From positions 1-64,000 of the IMG/VR virus record IMGVR_UViG_3300032240_002557: DNA of 64,000 nucleotides. One strand, given 5' to 3'. The stretch is from a virus. Numbering within the stretch: position 1 is the first letter of the stretch; each line of letters opens with the position of its first letter. Both the position numbers and the translations under genes were made by a program. Under the pieces are notes generated by a model. That model saw nothing but the letters and a program-made list of their open reading frames with translations, was not told where the DNA came from and searched no databases. Positions 9,847 through 19,199 of this stretch are shown in pieces.

Positions 9847-12800
9847 TTAATTTATTTTTATTTTAGTACCAAATCCTAAATTAATTTCAAGATCAGGGAG
9901 GGGATAAAATAATTTACCCGCACCCAGAAAAAATTTGAATCCTCCAGAAATATCTGCTGCTGATCTTAAGAATTCATCAAGAAAAACAACAAAGAAAGGA
10001 TTCTTTAAAGACATTCTATCCCATCTAGGAATATCATCTCGATTATAAAGAGGATTTATAATATCCAGAACATTCCTTCCCATCATTGCTGCTACTGGCC
10101 AAGGTATATTATAAATCAGTGAATTTTGTATCTCTTGGATTGGTTTTATAATCGAGGAAGGTATAGGAACTTTTGGAACCATTTTATATTTGGTCCAAAG
10201 GAGAGTAAATGCTATATCAGAAAAAGGGTGAACTGGCATAAAGCTCATAGTAAGTTCAGTAAAATCTTGGGGTCTAGCAGTTAGTGGTATACTTGGAATA
10301 TTTTCTATTGCAGGGATTTTAGCATTTTTAGTAAAATTTGTTGCAATATTTTTACTCATCGATTTAATGTCATCTGCAGTAAGATCTTGAAAAGAATCAA
10401 GCCCACCCGGTAGAATTTTATTAACATCAATAGAATCTACAATAGGATTCATTCCTTCGACTAAAAAATTGCTAATAACTTTGCCTGGTATAGGTATCTG
10501 TGGAATCCCGCCAATTCCAAGGGGCATTCCAGGATTGCCACTCTTTTTGGGCGGGAAAGCTGGTATTTCTAAAGAAGAAGAAAATCCTTTTAGATCCTTT
10601 GCTATACCAGCAGCACTTGCAGGATTAGGAATACTAAATTTTTTAAGATCTACAGGAAAGCTTGAAAGAGATTTATTCATAGTATTTTTTACTATGAGCT
10701 TAAGATCCTTCTGTCTTAATATTTTATTTTCACCAATAGCAGTATTCTTAATTAAATTAGAAAGATCTTTAGAATTTAAACTAATGCTTTTAGTTAAATG
10801 CGACTTTAAAGAATCAACAACCGGATTTGGTATTTCTTTCAAAGATCCCACTTCCGCTATGGATTCCCCACCAATTTTAGGTATTGGATTTAGATTTGGT
10901 TTAAATGACAACAAAGACTTAGAACTTAAAGGAGAGTCTTTTGAATTAAGATAATTTCCAACAGTTTTAGAAACAAGGCTGTTCATCTTTTGAAGATCTT
11001 TTTCATTTTTTGAAATGTCAGAAAGTTTATTATCAAACGATGCAACTATTTTTGAATCAGCAGATAATCTTTTATTCTTATCAGAAAAAATTGGATCTTC
11101 TGGTATTTTTATGCCATCTATTTTACTTAGTATTCTAGAATGCAAATTTATAACAGGCACTTCTGGAATTGTTCCTAATTTCTTCTTAGTATTAATGTCT
11201 TGAATTGCTTTAATTGGAGATGGGATTTCTGCTATTAAATTTTTAGAATTCTTAGGAAATACCATATCAGGAAGATCTATAGAATTTTTTAAATGTTCTT
11301 TTATTGTTTCTTTTATTGCGGACTCCTTTAAATCATTAAAACTTTTAGAAACAGAATCTAATTGCTTTTTCTTTTCATTGTAAGCTTCGGACCCTTCTAT
11401 TGCCCTGTTTCTTTTTAATTCAAGTGCTTGTGATTCTAAATCTTTTTTCTTTTTAGCTATAGCATCTTGCACTTTTTGTATTTTAGAAAAATCAACATTC
11501 TTTTGGACATTTGTTAATTGTTTTTCAACATTGGAAAGAACCTCCTGTAGTAATCTTGCTGGGGAATCTATGTTACCTCCGCCGATTGTTCCAAAAGAAA
11601 AAAGGTAATTAGGAATACCTGATGATAAGAATTTTTTATAATTTTCAAGCGGATCTGGAATAGTAGGATCAGATTTTCTAGGAACAAATCTGAATCCTCT
11701 CATCCCTAAAAGAAATATAGATGTTCCTGTTAAAAAATCATGAAAGAAAACTAAAGGACTAGGCATGAAGCCACCGATGAAAGGAATGAATATAACCATC
11801 AGTCCTATTGGTAGAGGTATGACAACAGGATCTACTTTAGTCCACACCATCGGCATAGGAATTCTGATAAAAGGTAATCCATCGAGGGGATTAACTATTG
11901 GGGGTGGTAACGGAATGAACGAAGGAGGAAGATAACCGACTGGCCAGTATTTCATACCAAGATTGGGCAAAAATAGAGCTGGATTTTCTATAGGGGGAAC
12001 ACCATTTAGCATAGGTAATAGCCCAACATTATTAGCTTTTTTTGAAAACTCTTTCCAGTAACATTTAGTATAAAACGTGGGGCAATCAACAGATCCATGA
12101 TTTGCACATGGGCCTCTACCCCCGTCAAGTAGTGATCCAGCAGATCCACAGCAATCAGACGGACATTGAACCTTAACACCTGGATTATCCGGGCCACATT
12201 TAATAGATGCTGCTCTTGCTGAAAGAGAATCGCTAGAGTTTTTCTGTTCTAAAACCTGAATGGATTCTCCAACTGACATCAGTAAATCTTTTATTTGATT
12301 TACTCTTTGATCTACACCATCAGATATCTCTTTTAATCCTTTTGATGTATCACCAAGTCCACTTCCTAGAACTATATAATAATCTGTTAAATTATCTATG
12401 AAAGAATCTGATATCTTTTTAATTTCATTTATTTTAGAATCGACATCTTTCTTTTTTTCCGTATATTTTTTATTCCATGCTGTTTTATAATCACCCCAGA
12501 AACTACTAAATTCTTTATTAGGATGTCCTTCTTTGTCTGTGCTAATAGGTTTAAGCTCTTCAGTCTTTCTAGCATCATTATCTCCCCTTTCTGCAGGGGT
12601 AAAGAATAACCAAGGACTTGCAGAGGACTCTAACAGATTTGAATATAAAAATCCATGATCATCCTCTATAGATTTTAATATTGCATCTTTTGGCTTATTT
12701 GAATTTTGAACGTCACTAACAAAAGAGAAAAAATCAGTTTTAGTTTTAGGATTTTCATCTTTTATAGTGATAAAATTTTTATAAGATTTTAAAAAAAGAG

Positions 12801-14145
12801 TACTTCCTGATCCTAAAATTCCATCCTTAGAAAATTCCATCCCCAATTGAACTTTAGTTATATCAACACTTTGATATGTATCAGATAAAAGTTCGCTGGT
12901 TGAATCTGATTTTATTGTTTCATATTGAATGGTCTTACCGAGACCTATAGAATATGATATTGAAAAATTAATACCAATATATCCTGATAAAGAAACATCA
13001 CTGCCATTAAATCTTGTAGAAAAGGACTTTAAAGAATTAACAAAAGATAAACTTTTGGCTTTTATAGTTAAAGAATTCCAGAGTTTAGCATCTATCTTTT
13101 TTTTGTTTTTTATCTTCTGGTCGTAAGCAGAGGATAATCCATTATAAAAATTTTGAATTATCGTATAGTGATATAGTAATTCTTCTAATTCTTTTTCAGC
13201 TTTTTCGTTTCTAGATTTAAGTTCGTTGTTACTCCTAATATCTTTAAATATTCCTTTAGCTTGAGCAAGGGTTTGGTTTATACACTTAGTAGTATCTTCT
13301 ATATTAACTTCAGGTGCAACCGGTGCTTCAGGTGTTTCTGGCTCAGGATCGCATATATTCTGAATAAATGATTTAAGGTCTTCTTCGGTGAATAAAGGTT
13401 CACCAGTTTCTGGATTTATAGGTATACTTGGTTCACAAAAAACCTCATCAACGATATCATCAAGATTGTTTAAATTCTTATTCTCTGCATCTCTATCTAA
13501 TAGGTCTTGCAACGACTGAAGCATTGCATTTTCATCTATTGTCGCTTGTTTACATTTTCCTAATGAAGGTGTTAGTCTATCTTTAATCTTATCTATGATA
13601 GATTTTAAATCCAATTTAGAAGGGGCAACGTGAAAGAATAACGGTATCCCTTTATTTGTTATAACGTGAATTTCAAATTTAAAAGGACCGATATTAAAAA
13701 TCCTAACTTTTCTATTAGAACCAGAAAATTTAATTCCTATTCCATCTAAATCTAAATTATCAGAAACCATTTCTTTTGCAGAATTAAGTTCTGTTTCTAA
13801 GCCCTTTTTAATCAGAAAATTATCAAATGCTCTATTGGTTGTAAAATCTGGTGTTTCTGTTATTTTATTAAGATATCCCTGTCTTCCCAATATTATCCAA
13901 AACATTCTATTAGCCAATTCCTCACCAGAGTATGAACAAAGAAGATCGTTTATGTCATCATCATTTAATATCAAAGGAACGGGTTTAATTGAATCCTCTA
14001 GTTCTTTACCATTTGCTATAATTTCTTCGTCGCTAGGAATAGGATCAGACGTTCCTTGTAGCATACCAGCAGCATCTTGTGGTGACATTTTACCGCTTTT
14101 AATCTGATCTAATATGTCCTGGAGTTTATCCGATTTTACTTCCAT
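9847..14145 (-). CDS. Large hypothetical virion-associated protein (coiled coils, Cys cluster, Pro-rich hydrophobic segments)
   Basis: 1432-aa ORF directly downstream of the gp5-like spike gene. Confidence 0.6.
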   Translation of the reverse strand: MEVKSDKLQDILDQIKSGKMSPQDAAGMLQGTSDPIPSDEEIIANGKELEDSIKPVPLILNDDDINDLLCSYSGEELANRMFWIILGRQGYLNKITETPDFTTNRAFDNFLIKKGLETELNSAKEMVSDNLDLDGIGIKFSGSNRKVRIFNIGPFKFEIHVITNKGIPLFFHVAPSKLDLKSIIDKIKDRLTPSLGKCKQATIDENAMLQSLQDLLDRDAENKNLNNLDDIVDEVFCEPSIPINPETGEPLFTEEDLKSFIQNICDPEPETPEAPVAPEVNIEDTTKCINQTLAQAKGIFKDIRSNNELKSRNEKAEKELEELLYHYTIIQNFYNGLSSAYDQKIKNKKKIDAKLWNSLTIKAKSLSFVNSLKSFSTRFNGSDVSLSGYIGINFSISYSIGLGKTIQYETIKSDSTSELLSDTYQSVDITKVQLGMEFSKDGILGSGSTLFLKSYKNFITIKDENPKTKTDFFSFVSDVQNSNKPKDAILKSIEDDHGFLYSNLLESSASPWLFFTPAERGDNDARKTEELKPISTDKEGHPNKEFSSFWGDYKTAWNKKYTEKKKDVDSKINEIKKISDSFIDNLTDYYIVLGSGLGDTSKGLKEISDGVDQRVNQIKDLLMSVGESIQVLEQKNSSDSLSARAASIKCGPDNPGVKVQCPSDCCGSAGSLLDGGRGPCANHGSVDCPTFYTKCYWKEFSKKANNVGLLPMLNGVPPIENPALFLPNLGMKYWPVGYLPPSFIPLPPPIVNPLDGLPFIRIPMPMVWTKVDPVVIPLPIGLMVIFIPFIGGFMPSPLVFFHDFLTGTSIFLLGMRGFRFVPRKSDPTIPDPLENYKKFLSSGIPNYLFSFGTIGGGNIDSPARLLQEVLSNVEKQLTNVQKNVDFSKIQKVQDAIAKKKKDLESQALELKRNRAIEGSEAYNEKKKQLDSVSKSFNDLKESAIKETIKEHLKNSIDLPDMVFPKNSKNLIAEIPSPIKAIQDINTKKKLGTIPEVPVINLHSRILSKIDGIKIPEDPIFSDKNKRLSADSKIVASFDNKLSDISKNEKDLQKMNSLVSKTVGNYLNSKDSPLSSKSLLSFKPNLNPIPKIGGESIAEVGSLKEIPNPVVDSLKSHLTKSISLNSKDLSNLIKNTAIGENKILRQKDLKLIVKNTMNKSLSSFPVDLKKFSIPNPASAAGIAKDLKGFSSSLEIPAFPPKKSGNPGMPLGIGGIPQIPIPGKVISNFLVEGMNPIVDSIDVNKILPGGLDSFQDLTADDIKSMSKNIATNFTKNAKIPAIENIPSIPLTARPQDFTELTMSFMPVHPFSDIAFTLLWTKYKMVPKVPIPSSIIKPIQEIQNSLIYNIPWPVAAMMGRNVLDIINPLYNRDDIPRWDRMSLKNPFFVVFLDEFLRSAADISGGFKFFLGAGKLFYPLPDLEINLGFGTKIKIN

Positions 14146-14151
14146 CTAAAT

Positions 14152-14931
14152 TTAATTGCTCTTTGTTACTTTAACTACGTCTGATGTTGATAGCTGCTCA
14201 TAGCTTTCAGCTAAACTTGACATACAACCGGGGGTTGAAGGGAGTTTAGCATCTATCGCAGAAGCCATCTGTTTTAAAAACATCCAAAGGGGTTCGGCTA
14301 AAACTGCAGAGTATACCGGGGAGTGCCCAAGTTTAGTTACCTTGCCATCTACCCAAACCTCATTACTGCTTTGTTTAATTCTAGTTGTTGCAGTGCTTTC
14401 AATTTCAGAATTTGCAAATTCTGTTATCTTACCTCCTCTAAATTCTAAAGTACAGGATTGACCAGCATGTGTAATAGTTATTGAATTGTCATTAGATATG
14501 ACAACAGACGAATCTTTTAAATCTATTGTTAATCCCTTTGCAACTGTATAGAATATTTTAAGATTTTCTATCCCGTCATAAATTAAAGAATGAGCTCCCT
14601 CGTATGAATTTTTTAATTCGTCTATTAAATCCTGAGAAAGTTCTTGGACAGCTTTGTATTCTGGTGCATAGTAGTTTCCGTTATTAAATTGAACGTGAAC
14701 TATAGCACCGTTTTTAGGAATGCTTACTCTCCCGGATCCACCATAATCTCCAAAAGAAATATCAAATCTTTGAAAAGCCCATGGTAAATCCTCATCAGCA
14801 ACCTCATCAAAAACACCAAATACTCTTACTCTGCATCTAGCTCTGAATTCTGGATCTTTATTATCAACCACAACACCTAAAAAATGTTGTGCTCTTTCTA
14901 TATTAGATTCCTGTAAATTATTTAAAGACAT
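14152..14931 (-). CDS. gp5: Baseplate central spike (gp5 / VgrG-type OB fold, no lysozyme domain seen)
   Basis: GVVVDNKDPEFRARCRVRVFG...LPWA...SIPKNGAIVHVQFNNGN followed by beta-strand repeats. Confidence 0.8.
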   Translation of the reverse strand: MSLNNLQESNIERAQHFLGVVVDNKDPEFRARCRVRVFGVFDEVADEDLPWAFQRFDISFGDYGGSGRVSIPKNGAIVHVQFNNGNYYAPEYKAVQELSQDLIDELKNSYEGAHSLIYDGIENLKIFYTVAKGLTIDLKDSSVVISNDNSITITHAGQSCTLEFRGGKITEFANSEIESTATTRIKQSSNEVWVDGKVTKLGHSPVYSAVLAEPLWMFLKQMASAIDAKLPSTPGCMSSLAESYEQLSTSDVVKVTKSN

Positions 14932-14949
14932 ACAAAAAGGTTTTATGTC

Positions 14950-14959
14950 TTATCTATCC
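14950..14959 (-). promoter_or_regulatory. Candidate late promoter variant GGATAGATAA
   Basis: Upstream of the gp5-like gene, one mismatch. Confidence 0.5.
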
Positions 14960-14974
14960 GTGTTTTTAAAACCC

Positions 14975-15595
14975 TTATTTATAGACGTTTTCGTCTATAG
15001 TTGGATATGTTCTTTTAGGAAGTCCGGAATCTGATCCTGGATTATTAGGATAAAGGTCTTCGGCTGTTATTGGACCAAGTGGTGAAGCTGCCGGGTATAA
15101 ATTTTCATTTAAACTTGCTATCGTTTGTGGGTCTGATTTATACACATCATCCTTTACAGAATTGTATTTTCTATCAGGAACACCGCCGTCTAATCCAGGA
15201 ACATTTGGGTATAAATCTTGCTTAATAGTATTATAAGATCTTTTTGGAAGCCCACCATCGGTTCCCGGATTGTTTGGATATAAATCTTCTTCAAGTTTTG
15301 GTGTATTGTACAGATAATCGGGAACACCAAGTTTACTATTATTCAAATCCCCACCAACCTCTCTGTACTCATCATCTTTTAATGTTGGGTATAATCTATT
15401 AGGTAATCCGCTGTCTATTCCTGGGTTTGTTGGATACTTATCCTCTACGTTAAAAGGATTAGGAGCTTGTCCTGGTGGATAAACATTTCCACCTGGGGAA
15501 GATGGTATTGCAGGAACGCCAGGATAAACATCTTCTTTGATATCAGGATATTGCCTTTGACCCGGTCCGCCAAGTCCTTTGGATTGGGGTCTGTA
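14975..15595 (-). repeat. Imperfect ~23-aa peptide repeats (EDLYPNNPGTDGGLPKRSY-type)
   Basis: Four clear full copies and several partial (D/E)(D/N)xY copies in the translation. Confidence 0.8.
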
Positions 15596-17080
15596 ATCAC
15601 CAAATGGTGTTTTTGTTTCCTTTATACCGTTGACTAAATCTTGAGCAGAATTAAGGGATCTTACAGCGTCAGTTATATTGAAGCCATAAGCATTTCCTAA
15701 TAGTGTAGAAGTAACTAAAGGAGATATTTGCTGCTGAACTACTGAAGCAACCGAATTGTTAACGAAGTTATTTGCTAATCTTTTAAAAAGATCCGGATTG
15801 TTAGAAAGGTTAACGTTATCTAAAAGTATCTTAGAACCAACCATGTTCCAACTGTCCTGGATTAAAACAGGTGCAAATATTGATTGATTTTTAATTAGAT
15901 CAGAAAGAATATTGTATTGAAGTTTATATTCTTTAGCATTACCAACGTGAACCTTAAATTGGCTTTTTACTGCTTCTGTGTTTCTTTCGTTAGAAAGGTT
16001 ATTGAACGGATAAGATTCATCAAAATCAAATTCACAAAGATCTAATTGATATATTAAAATATATGGTTGAAGCTTCTGAGTTGATTTAACAAAGCTATCA
16101 AGATTATCAGAAGGATTTCCTGGGGGTGTAACTTTATTTTTAGTTAGGCCAAATCCGTCTGCAAGATTTTTAATATTCTCAACAGTTCCACCGATTCCTG
16201 ATACATTAAAAGGATTTAAAACATCAGCAAGATTTCTTTCAAGATCTATTTGTCTAATTTCTGTCACTATGACGTACATTCTGAATTTTCTCAGATTGGC
16301 AGGAAGTAATTCTCTATGATATTGATAATCATAAGTTGCCTTTCTGTAAAGTTCAGCCATTGCGTTCATTCTTAGATCAATCGAATCTAAGCAATCAAAA
16401 GTTAAAACACCAGATCTTTGCTGTTTGTATCCGCCTCCGGTTCCACCAACTTGTCTAGGTGGAGTGACCTTTAGAATTTCACTAAGCCCTGATATTGATT
16501 TAATAAACCAAGGACTTTTTTCATTAACACTATTTAGTATGTTTCTAAATCCAACAAGTGCATCTGCACGGTGCGAGATATTATTATCAGGATTTAAAGA
16601 TGCGTTGTCTTTAGGTATTGCTTTACCGTTTATGTCGGTTATAACACCAGCTTCTCCATTTTCTGATGCAGTTCTTCTTTCTCTTAAATATCCTTCGGCT
16701 GTCATGTAGTGCATTACCCCAGTATAATTAGGAAATTGATACATTTGCTCTCTTGATCCGTGGAAGAAGTTTTTAGATCCATCTAATTTCATTCCTCTTG
16801 GGAAAGCACTAGGTGTATCAATACCTCCTCCGTTTCCGGTTCCTTTAGAAAGTAATGGACTTATTGGAAGATAAGTCTCTGGATCAACAAGTCCACCAAC
16901 ACCAAAATCGAACATAATTCTAAATCCTGTGTAAGTAGGATCTTCTTTTTGTCCAGATGTTGTTGTTTTTAGACCTTTTAAGAAATTAGTTCTTTGCTTA
17001 TCAACACCACCATTCAGTATCTGACTTTTATCAGTAACACTGCTTACATTATCTTTTATGCCACTAAAAAAATCAGCCAT
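14975..17080 (-). CDS. Putative tail/baseplate protein with C-terminal Tyr-Pro repeats
   Basis: 701 aa, baseplate context; repeated (E/D)DxYPxxPGxDxG(L/V)PxRxY units. Confidence 0.55.
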   Translation of the reverse strand: MADFFSGIKDNVSSVTDKSQILNGGVDKQRTNFLKGLKTTTSGQKEDPTYTGFRIMFDFGVGGLVDPETYLPISPLLSKGTGNGGGIDTPSAFPRGMKLDGSKNFFHGSREQMYQFPNYTGVMHYMTAEGYLRERRTASENGEAGVITDINGKAIPKDNASLNPDNNISHRADALVGFRNILNSVNEKSPWFIKSISGLSEILKVTPPRQVGGTGGGYKQQRSGVLTFDCLDSIDLRMNAMAELYRKATYDYQYHRELLPANLRKFRMYVIVTEIRQIDLERNLADVLNPFNVSGIGGTVENIKNLADGFGLTKNKVTPPGNPSDNLDSFVKSTQKLQPYILIYQLDLCEFDFDESYPFNNLSNERNTEAVKSQFKVHVGNAKEYKLQYNILSDLIKNQSIFAPVLIQDSWNMVGSKILLDNVNLSNNPDLFKRLANNFVNNSVASVVQQQISPLVTSTLLGNAYGFNITDAVRSLNSAQDLVNGIKETKTPFGDYRPQSKGLGGPGQRQYPDIKEDVYPGVPAIPSSPGGNVYPPGQAPNPFNVEDKYPTNPGIDSGLPNRLYPTLKDDEYREVGGDLNNSKLGVPDYLYNTPKLEEDLYPNNPGTDGGLPKRSYNTIKQDLYPNVPGLDGGVPDRKYNSVKDDVYKSDPQTIASLNENLYPAASPLGPITAEDLYPNNPGSDSGLPKRTYPTIDENVYK

Positions 17081-17082
17081 TT

Positions 17083-18606
17083 CTATTTAGATACTTTTGG
17101 TTCTGGGTCAGATCCTCTTCCTGAGTTTAACGCCCATTCTCTCTTCCCGAGAATGAAAGATTGTCTGATGTTCCCATCTATATACTCAATATATGATCCC
17201 ATGACCATATAAATGCCGCTTAAAAATTTATTCCTTACTTTTTTACCTACTTCGTATGCTCCTGGGTCCATTTGAGATAGTTCTTTGGATTCCTGAGATG
17301 CAACAGCTGCTGCTGTGGGAGCAGCATGTACTATTTGTGTAGGTACATTTTGACCTCTATAAACCCAAGGAATATAAGAATACATCTGTGTTTCTAAATA
17401 CACTTTAAAATTTTCGTACTTATTAATCCTGTTTTGAATTTTAGCTTGATATAAATTTTTATGTTGATTCTCACCATAAATTGTTCCTAACCAGGTCTTC
17501 TTTGTTTCTTTCTTATAAACTTCTTCATTAACTCTTCCCTTGAAAAGAATGCTATCTGGACCTAATTTTTTTTGTGTAACATATTCTGTACTATAGGTGA
17601 CAAATTTATTTACGGGTCTATCACTAACTAATTTTGTATCATAAAATTCAAGATCTCTAGAATATCCAAAATTATTTACTATGTAGCCTGAATTATTTTT
17701 AACAGAGTAAGCATTAACAAAAAAGGGATAATTATTATAAAAAGTGTCGTTTGTAAAAAACAAAGGCATTTCTATTTCTCCGGGTTCTGTTGTACTATCA
17801 ATACCTCCTATAAGTCCTCTTTCAATACCTATTGAAGCTAGAACGTTTTCATTGTTTTGGCTCTCTTCAAGGATTTGTTTTTTAAGATTTACAAAATTCA
17901 GAATATAATATTGATCTATCCACCAGTCAAAAAATTCTTCTTCCCCGTTCCACGATGATGAGCAAACATCTTCTATGAATTTATAGTATGTCATATTAGG
18001 ACAAACCCAATTCATCTTATCATCAGTACTCTTTTCGTTAGAAGCAAAGCCTAGATCAAGGTCCTTTGCAATTTCTCTTAAAACCTCAAATGAAGATTTA
18101 TTATTAAAAGATTTAGAAACGTGCTGAAATAAACCGGGGATTCGCATCTGAGCTTTTATAGTGAAAGATGCACCAGTATTATTTGCTCTTTGTAGCTTTT
18201 GGGAATCACCACTGCTTGTGTTAAGGAAATTATTCATTACTTCCGTAACTAATAAGTCCATTCTTATAGGTTTATAAACTTTAGAATTAGATTTTAAATA
18301 GAGGCAAACAAGATCACCGTCTTTAGGATAGGATGTATAAAGAAAAAGTTCATTTTCAGTAGTAAATCTAAAAATAAGTTCGGGTATTTTTCCAGACAGA
18401 TCTAATTTAAAAAAATCGAGTTGCTTAACTATATAAGCATTAATTTTAATTAAAGGAAGGGCGTATCCAATGTCTAATTCATCTCTCCCTCCTGCTGCAA
18501 TGACTGAATACGGATCGTCAGATTTTATTGGATCAACTATAGAAAGCTCATCCAATACTATTTTCTCTTTATCTAGTTGTAAAATTGTTTTTTTAACGTC
18601 GATCAT
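17083..18606 (-). CDS. Putative baseplate hub protein (gp27-like)
   Basis: SSFEVLREIAKDLDLGF, FFDWWIDQYYILNFVNL and LSGIYMV motifs; located between gp53-like and gp5-like genes. Confidence 0.55.
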   Translation of the reverse strand: MIDVKKTILQLDKEKIVLDELSIVDPIKSDDPYSVIAAGGRDELDIGYALPLIKINAYIVKQLDFFKLDLSGKIPELIFRFTTENELFLYTSYPKDGDLVCLYLKSNSKVYKPIRMDLLVTEVMNNFLNTSSGDSQKLQRANNTGASFTIKAQMRIPGLFQHVSKSFNNKSSFEVLREIAKDLDLGFASNEKSTDDKMNWVCPNMTYYKFIEDVCSSSWNGEEEFFDWWIDQYYILNFVNLKKQILEESQNNENVLASIGIERGLIGGIDSTTEPGEIEMPLFFTNDTFYNNYPFFVNAYSVKNNSGYIVNNFGYSRDLEFYDTKLVSDRPVNKFVTYSTEYVTQKKLGPDSILFKGRVNEEVYKKETKKTWLGTIYGENQHKNLYQAKIQNRINKYENFKVYLETQMYSYIPWVYRGQNVPTQIVHAAPTAAAVASQESKELSQMDPGAYEVGKKVRNKFLSGIYMVMGSYIEYIDGNIRQSFILGKREWALNSGRGSDPEPKVSK

Positions 18607-19190
18607 GATTCAAATATTTGTCTTTGAGCAAATCTAGATTTAATAGTTGCAACAGATTTATTTTGTTGTATTTTTGTTCGACAAACTCCTATGTCAGATC
18701 CGAAGATTAATTTACCATCTACAACTTTGAATTGTTCTTCCCCTTGTTTCGTAACATTTGGAGGGAGCTGAGCTTCTGTGCTCATATTAACAGCATTAAG
18801 ATATTCTTTTCTGCTATTGGATACTTGAGATATTCTATCTTGTAATTGCTTCCTGAAAGAATTTCTAATCTCCATATTCATAGGTTTATCAATTGGTTTA
18901 GAAAGATCATCTATTGTTTTTCTGTCTGGAATTAATAAAAGCTCATTAACATTAAGAGAAAATGGATTCGAAATAGAATTTAATTTTAGTAGAATTCCTA
19001 CTTTATTATGGGATCCACAATACATCTGTGCTGCAAGATCAGGACGCATTATCATTTCTTCTGTGCTTACTACAAATTTAGAATAATTAGGAGTTATCGT
19101 ATTGTTCAAAGAGGGAGAAACCAAATCCATAATCGATTCTCCATTAATAACCTTTTCCTGTTTATTCTCTAAAATATCTATACTTAGCAT
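18603..19190 (-). CDS. Baseplate wedge protein with LysM-like fold (gp53-like)
   Basis: MRPDLAAQMYCG...ILLKLNSISNPFSLNVNELLLIP. Confidence 0.7.
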   Translation of the reverse strand: MLSIDILENKQEKVINGESIMDLVSPSLNNTITPNYSKFVVSTEEMIMRPDLAAQMYCGSHNKVGILLKLNSISNPFSLNVNELLLIPDRKTIDDLSKPIDKPMNMEIRNSFRKQLQDRISQVSNSRKEYLNAVNMSTEAQLPPNVTKQGEEQFKVVDGKLIFGSDIGVCRTKIQQNKSVATIKSRFAQRQIFES

Positions 19191-19199
19191 GATTAAAAA

